A stretch of DNA of 64,000 nt from Candidatus Hodarchaeota archaeon (GTDB lineage Archaea > Asgardarchaeota > Heimdallarchaeia > Hodarchaeales > Hodarchaeaceae): contig JAEOTC010000038.1 in the NCBI GenBank assembly GCA_016840035.1, positions 1 to 64,000 of the forward strand, read 5' to 3'. This document shows, piece after piece, positions 32,409-43,170 of the stretch; position 1 is the first letter of the stretch; the number at the start of each line of letters is the position of its first letter. The notes under the pieces were generated by a model that made no database searches, had not been told where the DNA came from, and saw nothing but the letters and a program-made list of their open reading frames with translations. Both the position numbers and the translations under genes were made by a program.

Positions 32409-32810
32409 ATGTCTCATTTTACAAGAATAAAAACGAAAATCACAGATCGAAGTTGTTTATTGAAGACTCTAAAAAATCTACAATATACCGTAGAAGAAGA
32501 TTCTACAATACGAGGATATAATCGAAGAACCCGAAAGGGGGATATTGTTATTAAAACGAATGGAGAATTCGATGTAGGATTTATTAAAGGTAAAGACTCG
32601 TCCTACCAAATTCTCGCTGATTGGTATGGAGCTACCGCCGCAATAGGGAAAAATCGAAGAGAATTTGCGAACGAAGTTCAGAAGGAGTATGCAGTTACTA
32701 AAGTATTAAGTGAGCTTCGCAAAAAGGGTTATCGAATCAGATCCCGATATATTAATGAGATTGGTGAAATAAAACTTCTAGTTGTCAAACGAGGGTGGGT
32801 AGGCCGATGA
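32409..32810 (+). CDS. DUF1257 (Ycf35-like) protein
   Basis: MSHFTRIKT, DVGF, LADW, QKEYA. Confidence 0.88.
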   Translation: MSHFTRIKTKITDRSCLLKTLKNLQYTVEEDSTIRGYNRRTRKGDIVIKTNGEFDVGFIKGKDSSYQILADWYGATAAIGKNRREFANEVQKEYAVTKVLSELRKKGYRIRSRYINEIGEIKLLVVKRGWVGR

Positions 32811-33013
32811 GTGCAGAAAACATTGAACTAGAAATCACTATTGATGAGAAGGGTAATATCAGTTATACTGTGAATGGAGTAAAGGGTAATTCTTGCACTG
32901 AAACTACAAAATTTCTTGATGAAGCTCTTGGGGAAGTAGCAAAAAGAGACTTCAAACGAGAATACTACGAACATCCTGTCGACGTCACTAATCGAGTTAC
33001 AACAAGAAAGTAA
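32807..33013 (+). CDS. DUF2997 protein
   Basis: ITIDEKGNI..VNGVKGNSC..T..L..ALG..EYY; ATGA overlap with the upstream stop. Confidence 0.85.
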   Translation: MSAENIELEITIDEKGNISYTVNGVKGNSCTETTKFLDEALGEVAKRDFKREYYEHPVDVTNRVTTRK

Positions 33014-33032
33014 CCTCCTCACGACACAGGCG

Positions 33033-34571
33033 ATGATTATGACTGACTTAAGTGAGGATCAACAGAAGAAAGTTGATATTCTAATTCGAGCACGTTATCC
33101 TCTCATCTATATTACCTCTTGGGAAGAAGAAAGGGTAGCTGTTATGTTAAACACACTTGCCATGAAAGCTGAAAAGCAATTAATTATTTGGAGTACGACG
33201 GAGGGATTTTCTGACTTCTCTGGTAGAAAAATGGATGGTGAATCAGTCGATCCCTTTGCAGCACTAACTTACATTACTGATTATCAAAGGCCAGCAATAT
33301 TTATGTTGAAAGACTTTCATCCGTTTATGAAAGATCCAGTAGTTATTCGGAAACTCCGGGATCTAAAAGTTCATCTTAATGCTTTGAAAAAAACGTGTGT
33401 ACTTGTATCTCCAGTTTTAGAAGTGCCTATTGAACTAGAAAAATTAATAAATGTCGTAGATTTTGATTTTCCATCCTTAGAATTGCTTGATACCGTTTTA
33501 GAAGGAATAATTGAACCATTAAGAACGAATTTCCTAGTGGATGTAAGTTTGACCGAGGAAGAGAGGGAAACTGTTTTAAAATCTGCCCTAGGACTCACCG
33601 TTGATGAAGCAGAAAATGTATTTGCTAAATCACTTGTTGAAGTAAAACGATTTGATCCAGCAATAATTATTCAAGAAAAGGAGCAAATAATCCGTAAATC
33701 GGGAATATTAGAATATTATCACTCAAATGAACACTTTGATAATATTGGAGGATTAGAATACTTAAAAGAGTGGTTAACCATTCGTAATCGGGGGTTTACT
33801 GAAAAGGCAAGAGAATATGGTCTTCCCTTTCCCTCTGGTTTGATGTTGATAGGTATTCCTGGGACAGGAAAATCGCTTACTGCACAGGCGGTTGCTTCCT
33901 TATGGAAGTTACCCCTATTAAGATTTGATGTCGGAAAGGTTTTTGGTGGTATTGTAGGTGAGAGTGAGCGAAACGTTCGCAATGCAATTAAGACAGCTGA
34001 GTCTGTATCTCCTTCAATACTCTGGATTGATGAAATTGAGAAGGGGTTTGCTGGGGTACAATCAAGTAACCAAACAGATGCCGGAACAACGAGTCGAGTC
34101 TTTGGTACGTTTATTACCTGGTTACAGGAAAAGAAGAAACCAGTTTTTGTTATAGCTACAGCCAATAATGTCAGTCAACTACCACCAGAACTTATGAGAA
34201 AAGGACGTTTTGATGAAATCTTCTTTCTAGATCTTCCCTCTCCAAAAGAACGTGAGGATATATTTTCTATTCACATCAGAAAAAGAAATCGTCAAATTGA
34301 GAATTTTGATATGAAAACACTTGTTGGCTTGAGCAAAGGGTACTCTGGAGCAGAGATCGAACAGACAATCGTTACTGCAATGTTTGAGGCTTTTTCTGAA
34401 GATCGGGAGGTCGAAACAACGGACATGATGAATGCGTTAGAAGATATGGTACCTTTATCACGTTTTATGAAGGAAGAAATTACTTCCTTACGTACTTGGG
34501 CTCAAGCACGCGCACGATTGGCTTCAAAAGCGGAACAACAGAAAAAATCCACCATAAAAATCGAGATTTGA
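33033..34571 (+). CDS. Ycf46-like AAA+ ATPase
   Basis: [43 protein letters not shown]. Confidence 0.92.
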   Translation: MIMTDLSEDQQKKVDILIRARYPLIYITSWEEERVAVMLNTLAMKAEKQLIIWSTTEGFSDFSGRKMDGESVDPFAALTYITDYQRPAIFMLKDFHPFMKDPVVIRKLRDLKVHLNALKKTCVLVSPVLEVPIELEKLINVVDFDFPSLELLDTVLEGIIEPLRTNFLVDVSLTEEERETVLKSALGLTVDEAENVFAKSLVEVKRFDPAIIIQEKEQIIRKSGILEYYHSNEHFDNIGGLEYLKEWLTIRNRGFTEKAREYGLPFPSGLMLIGIPGTGKSLTAQAVASLWKLPLLRFDVGKVFGGIVGESERNVRNAIKTAESVSPSILWIDEIEKGFAGVQSSNQTDAGTTSRVFGTFITWLQEKKKPVFVIATANNVSQLPPELMRKGRFDEIFFLDLPSPKEREDIFSIHIRKRNRQIENFDMKTLVGLSKGYSGAEIEQTIVTAMFEAFSEDREVETTDMMNALEDMVPLSRFMKEEITSLRTWAQARARLASKAEQQKKSTIKIEI

Positions 34572-34799
34572 GATTAATGTTATATGATTGATTTATCAAA
34601 TCAACCAGGTAGAAAATTCTCAGATTGGTAAGGTTTTTTCTGCAGAATAGTCCTTCGACTTAAGGATTGATGGATTAATTATTCGAACTGGCTTTTAAAT
34701 GGAGGAATTTCGCCACATTCTCAATTTTTAAATAAGTCTAAAAAATTAGTATTCATTGAAGCAACCTGAGTCAAAGATCCTTGAAGGTTGGAATGAACT

Positions 34800-35363
34800 A
34801 TGTCTAAAAATATTTGTCAAAATTGTGGAGCAATAGGAGCAATAGATGATTTATTTTGCCAAGAATGTGGATCAAAATTTGTAATTCAAGATAAATCAGT
34901 CTATTATGATTCTAATTCTCGTGTTAGGGAGTATAAAGGTTACATTCAAATTATTGGAATTATAGAAGCAATATTCGGAGTATTCGCAATGTTTATTGCA
35001 GGTCTTCTCATATTAGTTGCAGCATTACTACCTGTTATTGCCACCTCAGAGACCTTTATGTCAGAAAATGAAGCGATGACATGGCATCCGATATTACCTG
35101 GTTCAGAAGGGCAAATCGGAAACTCATCTGGGATTTTTCTGTTTGTGTTACTTGTTCTAGGTTTTGTAGCCCTATTTATACTAGCATATGGTATTCTCGC
35201 TATTATTAACGGTCGTAGATTAATGAGTTATCGAAGAAGTGGACATTCAGGTTCAATGGTGATCAGCGTACTAAGTTTGCTGGCCATGCCCATGGGAACC
35301 ATTTTCGGAATTTTTAGTCTGTATATCCTAACCCGTCCAGAAGTTGATCAGATTCTCTCTTGA
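34800..35363 (+). CDS. zinc-ribbon membrane protein
   Basis: CQNCG..FCQECG plus TM helices; PMGTIFGI. Confidence 0.8.
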   Translation: MSKNICQNCGAIGAIDDLFCQECGSKFVIQDKSVYYDSNSRVREYKGYIQIIGIIEAIFGVFAMFIAGLLILVAALLPVIATSETFMSENEAMTWHPILPGSEGQIGNSSGIFLFVLLVLGFVALFILAYGILAIINGRRLMSYRRSGHSGSMVISVLSLLAMPMGTIFGIFSLYILTRPEVDQILS

Positions 35364-35423
35364 ACAGTGAACAGAGATTCTTTCTCTTCACCATTTTCTT
35401 TATAATAAAAAATATACTCAGGT

Positions 35424-35610
35424 TTAGAGCTTGATCCTCATCCTTCTCATAAATTCCTTTCCTCCCATTTTATTCCAAAACCCTATTGATTGAGGATTAT
35501 TACTGGCTACTGTTAATTCGACATGATTCACTTGAAAGGTCTTAAACCAGGTGCAAATTGAGTCAAAAAGTTTTGTTCCGATTCCTTGTCTTTTATAACC
35601 CGAATCCACA
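35424..35610 (-). pseudogene. C-terminal fragment of a GNAT acetyltransferase
   Basis: VDSGYKRQGIGTKL..LTVASNN..FWNKMG; the N-terminal half is missing and replaced by palindrome-rich DNA. Confidence 0.7.
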
Positions 35611-35779
35611 TTCTTCTTCATTGGGGTACCCCTCGGAGTATACTTAATCCTTCGAAGGTCCCCCTGGAAGGGAACACAGGTAGTCATTAATGATTCGGAT
35701 AATGTTGAATAATCACTTATGAGAAAAAAAGAAAAGAGTGAAAGAGTAGGCCTTGATGATGCTAACGGAGCTGAATAGG

Positions 35780-36748
35780 CTAGCTAATATTATTAGCAAG
35801 TTTAAAGCCAAGTACTTGCCAAGCAAGGACATCTTTAATCATGATATTCGCCGTTGATATAGGATCTTTCCTGATAAGACGTCTAAGACCATTCATGACT
35901 CCTAGCATTATACGTATCTCAGGTTTGAGTAATTTAAATTCAGGAATAATCGGATTAATTTCTCGCATTGCTGTAGTATAGATGAAATCTTGATCATCGA
36001 GTTTCCCTTCCGAGTGTGCTTTACTAAATATCTCCCACATCTGGTTAAAAACATGTTCAGCCTCATCTAAAACAGTTTTTGCTTCATTGTCTATGATACA
36101 ACCAAAATGACATAAACTAATGGTATTATAATCAATATTTTTAAGTTTTTGAATTGTAGAATGGAAATCTTTCTTATTACAAAACGGAGGTAAAATCGGA
36201 GGTAAATATGCGTTATCGCCAGCTTTCATACCGATTGCATCCCCGACAAAGATGTTTTTATTCCTTTCATCGAGGATGGAGATGTGATCGGAAATATGTC
36301 CAGGTGTGTGATAAATCTTTAGAGAGATCCCACCAAGATCAACAGTGTTTCCCTCACTCAAGGGGGTTACATCCTTGATATTCTGAAAACTCCCCTTTTG
36401 ATCAAAAACGTTGTTAAATGACTGATCTTCAAGCAAAGGAATAGCCTCAGTATGGGCAAAAACCTCAATTGCTTTCTGTTCTTTTAACGCTCTTTGTCTT
36501 AATATGGGAACTCCCTGACAATGGTCCCAATGAGAGTGTGTCAGGATAATATAATCTGGGGGAAAGGCGTCTAGCTGCTTTAATGCTTTAATAATCCGTG
36601 GTGCGCCTGATCGTGTCCCACTATCAATTAAACAAGACTTCTCTGCTTGAACTAAATATACTCCTCCCGCGCCTGCAACATCAACATAGCCAAAATCAAT
36701 TAGAGTGGTATTGGAATTTATAGGTCCTGGTATCCTCATTCCAGTCAA
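35780..36748 (-). CDS. metallo-beta-lactamase fold hydrolase
   Basis: THSHWDH, TPGH, GD, HFG. Confidence 0.9.
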   Translation of the reverse strand: MTGMRIPGPINSNTTLIDFGYVDVAGAGGVYLVQAEKSCLIDSGTRSGAPRIIKALKQLDAFPPDYIILTHSHWDHCQGVPILRQRALKEQKAIEVFAHTEAIPLLEDQSFNNVFDQKGSFQNIKDVTPLSEGNTVDLGGISLKIYHTPGHISDHISILDERNKNIFVGDAIGMKAGDNAYLPPILPPFCNKKDFHSTIQKLKNIDYNTISLCHFGCIIDNEAKTVLDEAEHVFNQMWEIFSKAHSEGKLDDQDFIYTTAMREINPIIPEFKLLKPEIRIMLGVMNGLRRLIRKDPISTANIMIKDVLAWQVLGFKLANNIS

Positions 36749-37015
36749 AATTTCTCCTCCTTAAACATAAAACATTAGAAATTTGGTTATCAAAATCCAC
36801 TCATGGAATTTAACCTATATAAAACTTGGGAACAAATTGCTTTTCATGGGATCAGAGATAATCTTGACACATTTTCTTACCCAAAAAGCTATACTCATGG
36901 GTGGGGTAATTCTTGACCAGAGACTCCCCAAATGATTGTAACGGAACAAAAAAGAGAATAAAAGCAGCTGCACCTGCTACTAGCCCACGAAGAAAATCCA
37001 TCTTAACCAAAGCAT

Positions 37016-38479
37016 CTATTTCCTGTGATCTGAATAGAGAGATTTAATATACTCAATAGGGGGTTTCCAATCATCAGGAAGAGGACTTTTATAGGGGGTC
37101 CGAGTGATCTTTTTGTTAAATTCGCTTTTTGCTTGTAATACTAGCTCAGGATTGGTAAATAATTCAAAACTAGCTAGAGCTAATACTTTTGCTGCATATA
37201 ACATCCCTTTATGTCCAATACTCATTCCTGCTTGGGCAACAAGTTGCCAAGAATGGCCAGGTGTCCCTAATATCGTACAAGTGGTTGCAAATTGGGCTAA
37301 AGGTGTAACCCAGCTTACATCCCCTACATCTGTAGAACCAGGTAGCGTTACACCCCTACTTACAAGAGGTATAACTGTCTTATGTAATTTAACTCCTCTT
37401 AATTTCTCTAACTCTTTCTGCATATCGATAGGGTAAGTTGCAAGAATTCTGTCGAAATAACCTTTCTCAAAAGTTTTGATAATACTATCAGCATAATCCT
37501 GATCACTTTGATCGTACGTTGGTGATCCGATCTGGTTCATCTTTTCATAAAGCAAGTCTTCTAGCGTAAGATTTGGGAGAAGGTTCGCTGATCCTCCCTG
37601 AAAGTCAATTTCAACTTCTGTTTCTGTCATAAGAGCGGCTCCCTTTGCTACTTTGACAACACGAGGATAGATCTCTGCCAATTGGTCAAGCTTAGCAGCT
37701 CTTACGAAATACCATACTGCAGCTTCATCTGGTACAATATTGGGAGCTTGTCCACCTTTTGTGATGATATAGTGTAGTCTTGCATCTGGTATAAGATGTT
37801 CCCTTAAATAATTACACCCCACATTCATTAATTCTACTGCATCAAGAGCTGATCTTCCATGATATGGATCAGCAGCTGCATGAGCAGTTTTTCCTTTGAA
37901 ATTAAAGACGACAGAGTAAATTGCCTGAAAATTGGTTGTTACTACCATGTTAAAATCCCATGGATGCCAAGTCAAAGATATATCAACATCAGAAAACGCT
38001 CCAGCTTTCACCATCCCCCCTTTTGCATCCACATTCTCTTCTGCCGGACAGCCATAATATCGAATAGTTCCTTGAAAATCACCATTATCAAATGACTCTT
38101 TCAATGCTAAACACGCTGTAAGTCCTGCAACTCCTAATAAATTATGACCACAACCATGTCCAGGTGCACCTTCTTCAAAGGGCTTTTTTATTGGATCAGA
38201 CGTTTGACTAAGCCCAGGCAGTGCATCAAATTCTCCTAATATTGCTACAACAGGTTTACTTGTTCCATGACTTGCTATAAAAGCAGTAGGCATACCTGCT
38301 ATGCCTTGTTCAATCGTAAAGCCAGCTTCTTTTAATGTCTCTATTAAGAGATGGGAGGATTTTTCTTCTAATAATCCAATCTCTGCAAATCTCCATATAC
38401 TATCACTAATTTCAATGAATTTCTCTTTATTCTTTTCAATCCAATCTAGAAAATCCAAAGGCAAACCAATGACCTCCAA
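37016..38479 (-). CDS. M20 amidohydrolase, AbgB-like
   Basis: EFDALPG, GHGCGHN, GCPAEE, WHP, GSTDVGDVSW, GHSWQ. Confidence 0.92.
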   Translation of the reverse strand: MEVIGLPLDFLDWIEKNKEKFIEISDSIWRFAEIGLLEEKSSHLLIETLKEAGFTIEQGIAGMPTAFIASHGTSKPVVAILGEFDALPGLSQTSDPIKKPFEEGAPGHGCGHNLLGVAGLTACLALKESFDNGDFQGTIRYYGCPAEENVDAKGGMVKAGAFSDVDISLTWHPWDFNMVVTTNFQAIYSVVFNFKGKTAHAAADPYHGRSALDAVELMNVGCNYLREHLIPDARLHYIITKGGQAPNIVPDEAAVWYFVRAAKLDQLAEIYPRVVKVAKGAALMTETEVEIDFQGGSANLLPNLTLEDLLYEKMNQIGSPTYDQSDQDYADSIIKTFEKGYFDRILATYPIDMQKELEKLRGVKLHKTVIPLVSRGVTLPGSTDVGDVSWVTPLAQFATTCTILGTPGHSWQLVAQAGMSIGHKGMLYAAKVLALASFELFTNPELVLQAKSEFNKKITRTPYKSPLPDDWKPPIEYIKSLYSDHRK

Positions 38480-38653
38480 TTATGCTAATACAACAATTCA
38501 ATTGCAACGATATCACAATTTATCTTTGTTATTATATTCGAAATTGAAAGTACAGGTTTAAGATGAGAGAATATAGAAAAAAAGGAAAAGATGGTTGCTA
38601 GCTCTAAATACGAAAGTAGAATCCAGATCAAACCAAGAATGTATAAAGAAAAT

Positions 38654-39028
38654 TTAGTGGACGACTAAACTAGTTCCACAATTAGGACAAAATTTGGCTT
38701 GGGCAGTATTTTGGGTACCACATTTGATACAAAAGTTAGCGATTTGTCCAACTGGAGCTTGAGGAACGGGTTGAGCACCTGCGTAATATTGTTGACGAGG
38801 TTTGTTCTGGTAACGGATCGGTTCAATAATCCAATAGTATAAAGGACCACCAACCATAATGATAAAACCTACAAAGACCATCAACATCCAGATAGGATTA
38901 AGTAACGAGGAATCATAGCTTTGACCATATTCTTGTTTTCCAATAAAACTTAAAGCAGCAAAAATCGAAGCAACTAACCAAAAACCAAAACCAAAAATCC
39001 CAACACCAAATCCGCGTAAAAAACGCAT
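38654..39028 (-). CDS. small membrane protein with C-terminal zinc ribbon
   Basis: Probable start MRFLRG; two TM helices; FCIKCG..FCPNCG. Confidence 0.75.
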   Translation of the reverse strand: MRFLRGFGVGIFGFGFWLVASIFAALSFIGKQEYGQSYDSSLLNPIWMLMVFVGFIIMVGGPLYYWIIEPIRYQNKPRQQYYAGAQPVPQAPVGQIANFCIKCGTQNTAQAKFCPNCGTSLVVH

Positions 39029-39210
39029 TTCCTCATCATCCTCAAGTTTAGGTTTGTAACAAGTGGGGCTTATAAAAAGGTTTGGAGGGAAGGGGAAAAA
39101 AACCAAAAAAATATGTTGACCTTCGACTTCAAATTGTGAGTATAAATGGTGAAAAAGGAATCCAATTTGGATAAAATCTGTAAAATACCAACCAAACTCC
39201 CCAAAACAGA

Positions 39211-39286
39211 AAAAATGAAAAGAGATGCCGTTTAAACGGTAATCTCAATGCTTAGCTCACGTACCAGCTCTTTGTAGTGATATCTC
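39211..39286 (-). repeat. displaced tfb 3'-end copy 1
   Basis: Encodes RYHYKELVRELSIEITV* plus T-tract; 45/55 nt match to tfb 53991-54045. Confidence 0.9.
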
Positions 39287-39392
39287 CCTAGTAGGGTGAG
39301 GAATACGAAAACAAGAAGGAATTGAAGACTTCGTTTCCTCCCAAAGTATTTTGAATGATTACATAACTGATTCCAGTATTATCCGCTGACTG

Positions 39393-40253
39393 GTGAATGA
39401 TATGTGTAAATACTGCTATCAACACACTCGGAAAATGTGGTATCTCGAAAAAGAATCCTTTGATATTAGATCAGGTAGATTCATGAAAATATTGCCAGGT
39501 AGATTCAGAGAACTGTGGTATAATTTTTACGCTCCTAAGTTACAATCGTTTGTTGATGGAACTACTGGTGACATTGGAGCGAATCCTGATCGTGAACCGT
39601 ACAAGGGTTTACAAAAGATGTTTTACAATTATTTCGCAAAGAACTTTTTAGGTGGTCAGGTCGTTAGCTCCCTCGATGAAATGATGCAAGTCCTTGATCA
39701 AGCAGAAGATATTTTTGTTTCATATTGTTCTTGTAAAAAAACCGCTGGCGGGGGAGAAGATTATCGATGCCTTTTTCTTAATCACAACGCCCGATTTACT
39801 AGAAAACGGCAACTCCAAGGGAAAACAAACAATGAAGGACGTTTCATCGACAAAGATGAAGCAAAAGAAGTAATTCAAGAAAAACGTCGTTTAGGTCATT
39901 ATGGCACAGTTCTGTGGGGATTACGACCGAAAGTAGATTGCATTTGTAATTGTGACCAATATTGTGCGGGTTTATACACTCCCGAAATACGATGGGGATT
40001 ACTACCCTCCTTCACTATTTCTGTAATCGTCGATTCTGATAAATGTGATTCTGATTGTACAGTATGCCTTGATCTTTGTTACCCAAAAGCCATTACAAAA
40101 AATGAGGACGGATTAGTGACTTCAATAGATAATTATCTATGTATAGGCTGTAATCTGTGTGTTGAGAATTGTCCAAATGGAGTTTATGATTCTCAACCAC
40201 GTAAGATATATTATGACGCTTCTATTGGTAAAAAACGCGTATTAGAATATTGA
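39393..40253 (+). CDS. 4Fe-4S dicluster domain protein
   Basis: CSCKK, CICNC, CTVCLDLC, CIGCNLCVENCP. Confidence 0.85.
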   Translation: MNDMCKYCYQHTRKMWYLEKESFDIRSGRFMKILPGRFRELWYNFYAPKLQSFVDGTTGDIGANPDREPYKGLQKMFYNYFAKNFLGGQVVSSLDEMMQVLDQAEDIFVSYCSCKKTAGGGEDYRCLFLNHNARFTRKRQLQGKTNNEGRFIDKDEAKEVIQEKRRLGHYGTVLWGLRPKVDCICNCDQYCAGLYTPEIRWGLLPSFTISVIVDSDKCDSDCTVCLDLCYPKAITKNEDGLVTSIDNYLCIGCNLCVENCPNGVYDSQPRKIYYDASIGKKRVLEY

Positions 40254-40290
40254 TGAAACTATAACAGAATGAGATAAAAACAACAAGATG

Positions 40291-40378
40291 AAAAAGAAAG
40301 GAGATACCGCCTAGACGGTAATCTCAATGTTTAGCTTGCGTACGAGTTCTTTATAGCGATTTCTCACGGTTACTTCGG
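40291..40378 (-). repeat. displaced tfb 3'-end copy 2
   Basis: 79/88 nt identical to 53971-54058; encodes EVTVRNRYKELVRKLNIEITV*. Confidence 0.95.
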
Positions 40379-40469
40379 AAAATCCGAACAGCTATGCAAG
40401 TATCTCAAGGGTAGAGAGATGAGAAGATAAAGTTTATAAGATCTGAAGACTCCTAGAAATAGGATAAGT

Positions 40470-41063
40470 ATGAAAAAAAATAACCGATGTCTTCTTCAGC
40501 TTGTCATTCTAATAGTACTTATCTTGAATCTAATGACAGGGTTAAAACTAATCCGAGGAGGAGAGATGAAAAGGGATCAACTCGTCCAAGTCGAATTATT
40601 ACTATTTCTAAAGGCTGTTCCCATGGAAGATTATCCTACAGCGGTTTTCAGTGGAATTGAAGACTATCAGGTTTGGACTGGAAATGTAACGGTCAATGGC
40701 TCAGTCGCTACAAATAATGACCTCAAAGAAGCAGTTGTGACCCTCAAAAATCGAACGTCAACATTTCTTCACACGAATTTAACGCTAACTAAAGATACGG
40801 ACTACTTAGGTCCGAAAAATCTAGCCTACTTATTCGAAGTAACACTTAATAGTAATGAATATCCAAATGGGTCGTATACATTGTTTTTTCATTTTCTAGA
40901 TACCAAAGGTGCCGGAATGATTTATCATTGGGACATCAGGATAGCTAATGCTTCAGATCATCTCTCTCCAGCAATAGGCCTCCCTCTGAGTTTCCTCACA
41001 CTGTTTTCTATTATTACCATTCGTCGAAAAGTTCCACGACTATTCAAGGAAGAGAAAAAATAA
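40470..41063 (+). CDS. secreted, C-terminally anchored hypothetical protein
   Basis: Signal peptide-like N-terminus, beta-rich core, TM helix with RRK tail. Confidence 0.75.
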   Translation: MKKNNRCLLQLVILIVLILNLMTGLKLIRGGEMKRDQLVQVELLLFLKAVPMEDYPTAVFSGIEDYQVWTGNVTVNGSVATNNDLKEAVVTLKNRTSTFLHTNLTLTKDTDYLGPKNLAYLFEVTLNSNEYPNGSYTLFFHFLDTKGAGMIYHWDIRIANASDHLSPAIGLPLSFLTLFSIITIRRKVPRLFKEEKK

Positions 41064-41120
41064 AGGAGAGAATACCTAGACGGTTATCTCAATACTAAGC
41101 TTACGTACAAGCTCTTTATA
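41055..41120 (-). repeat. displaced tfb 3'-end copy 3
   Basis: Encodes YKELVRKLSIEITV*, identical in protein, with 7 synonymous differences in 45 nt. Confidence 0.92.
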
Positions 41121-41244
41121 AATGGAGTTCTCAATCTTTTATTATGTACTTGCACTTCGGCATGATTTCAGTCAGTTTTGAATGAGAATCCTGAAAAGGA
41201 TATAGTGAGGAAATTTTTCAAATCACGAAATACTCCATTCTTAT

Positions 41245-41451
41245 ATGCGTGAAGGAGGGATAATTGAACATTTGTACTATTCTCCAATATATATAGGAAA
41301 TTATCCTGATGGGGACTGGAATGAATCATATGAGCTTCACGATTATATAGGGGGTTATATTATGGGTGGAATGAACCCCACATGGTATTTGCATCCTGAT
41401 ACAGAGAACAGAGTTTATAAAAATCTAGATCAATGGGATGGACCTATTTAA
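41245..41451 (+). pseudogene. short gene fragment
   Basis: 68 aa ORF directly after a tfb repeat; looks 5'-truncated. Confidence 0.35.
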
Positions 41452-41698
41452 TGATCTTTAAAAGAGAGCTCATTTAAATTTAAAAAAAGAGAATAATAAC
41501 TATAATTTGTAGGGTTAATTAACCATATGTTCACATTTCAAATACAAAATAGTTCTCGTGGAAATCGTAAAAATGTGTGATTAATGCATTATATGATAAG
41601 TATAAAAGCAAATAAAGGACTAGAAATTACTAGTTTTTTTCAGTTAACTGAAAAAAATAAGAATTCAGTAAAAAAGACTTGAATGAGCTGAAAACAAG

Positions 41699-42763
41699 AT
41701 GAAAAGGGGAAAAAGAGGATATTATCTATTATTAGTGAATCTGAGTCTGGGGTTATTACTATTACTAAGTGGATGCACGCTATTACCAACGAGTGAACCA
41801 GAGGAGATATTATCATTTGATCCAAATACTGCAACCATATATAATCCGAAAACAAACATTTCAGAGAGTTTTTATGTCAGGAACATGAACAGGAGTGGTA
41901 GTACTTTCTACCATGAAGATCAAATGAAAATTATAGTCGGAGTAAGAGATTCTAAAGGACTTCCAGGAGTAGCTGTGAATTTACATTTGAGAGTTATCTT
42001 TGACTGGTATGGAAATACAGATATTGTAAATTTAACAGAAGAATTCGGCCTCAAAATGACCACTAATCAATCAGGAGCGGTGTGTTTGATTTGTACATAT
42101 AATCAATATACATGGCCTCAAGGGTCTTATACCACTGAAGGAATACTTGAGATTTCTTCTTCTCAGCTAAATAATACAAGAGGATCCTCTGGAAAGCTAG
42201 ATTTTACCTATTATCATAAAGAAATCACACGAAATTCAACAGTAGAGGGGGGGATAGCAGTTATAAATGCTTTAGAAAAAATGAATCTGATAGAAGAAGC
42301 CAGTTTACTCGGTGGGGAAGACAACCTATACCCAAACTGGAATAGTCAATATTATGAATACTACGATATTAATCAAGTAATATTAAACCAATCTACCATT
42401 GAATTCTATACTAATTATCGCCAGCAACCAAGAGTTGAAGTCTACTATGTAGCATGGACAATCCTGTACGAAGAAACGAATTTAACATACAATATCATCA
42501 GAAATAACTGGAGTACATATATTGGGGAAGATTATGGATCTTTACTGATCAGTGATGAATATCTTGGAGAGAATTGGCTAATAACTGAACCAATCACAAA
42601 AGTAAATCTTACAACAGGTTGGTTAGTCATGCAAATTTTATATATTGATTCATTCCAAGAACCACTAAACGGTTGGACAAGAGTAGTTTATCAAGTTAGC
42701 CTTGTAACCATAGATATGCAACTTCGATGGTTATTATCTAGTTCCTTTACAGCAATAGCCTAA
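41699..42763 (+). CDS. putative lipoprotein / surface glycoprotein
   Basis: Basic and hydrophobic N-terminus ending LLSGC; many NxS/T sequons. Confidence 0.75.
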   Translation: MKRGKRGYYLLLVNLSLGLLLLLSGCTLLPTSEPEEILSFDPNTATIYNPKTNISESFYVRNMNRSGSTFYHEDQMKIIVGVRDSKGLPGVAVNLHLRVIFDWYGNTDIVNLTEEFGLKMTTNQSGAVCLICTYNQYTWPQGSYTTEGILEISSSQLNNTRGSSGKLDFTYYHKEITRNSTVEGGIAVINALEKMNLIEEASLLGGEDNLYPNWNSQYYEYYDINQVILNQSTIEFYTNYRQQPRVEVYYVAWTILYEETNLTYNIIRNNWSTYIGEDYGSLLISDEYLGENWLITEPITKVNLTTGWLVMQILYIDSFQEPLNGWTRVVYQVSLVTIDMQLRWLLSSSFTAIA

Positions 42764-42945
42764 AAATTCGGAATTAACTGAAGATACTTGAACTAAACAT
42801 TAATATGCGTGTTAACCGAGAGGACTGAAAAATTCCACATTTCTAGTAAGAAATCTTTTTTTTCCTTTATAGACTCGGGAGAATTGTTGAAACTGAAGAA
42901 TGAAACCTTGGATATGTGATTTAATCCCTTCCACCCAAAACGAGA

Positions 42946-43018
42946 AAAAAGAAAGGAAATCCCGTCTAGGCGGTAATTTCGACACTAAGTTTGCGTACGA
43001 GCTCTTTGTAGCGATTTC
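42946..43018 (-). repeat. displaced tfb 3'-end copy 4
   Basis: 66/73 nt identical to 53971-54043; encodes NRYKELVRKLSVEITA*. Confidence 0.95.
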
Positions 43019-43170
43019 ACAAAGTAAGTTCATGTTTAGAATAAGAATACAACAATTAAGATATTTAATTGTTGAAAATCAAATCCTTCATTAATTCACT
43101 ATCGAATAGAAAATCACAAATAGGAGAGAGTAGATGTGAAATACGCTTCCTTTTGAGGGATGAGATAAAC

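Noticed and set aside
42812-43094. Short ORFs 42812-43033 and 42900-43094
   Set aside because: They overlap tfb repeat copy 4 and show no protein features.
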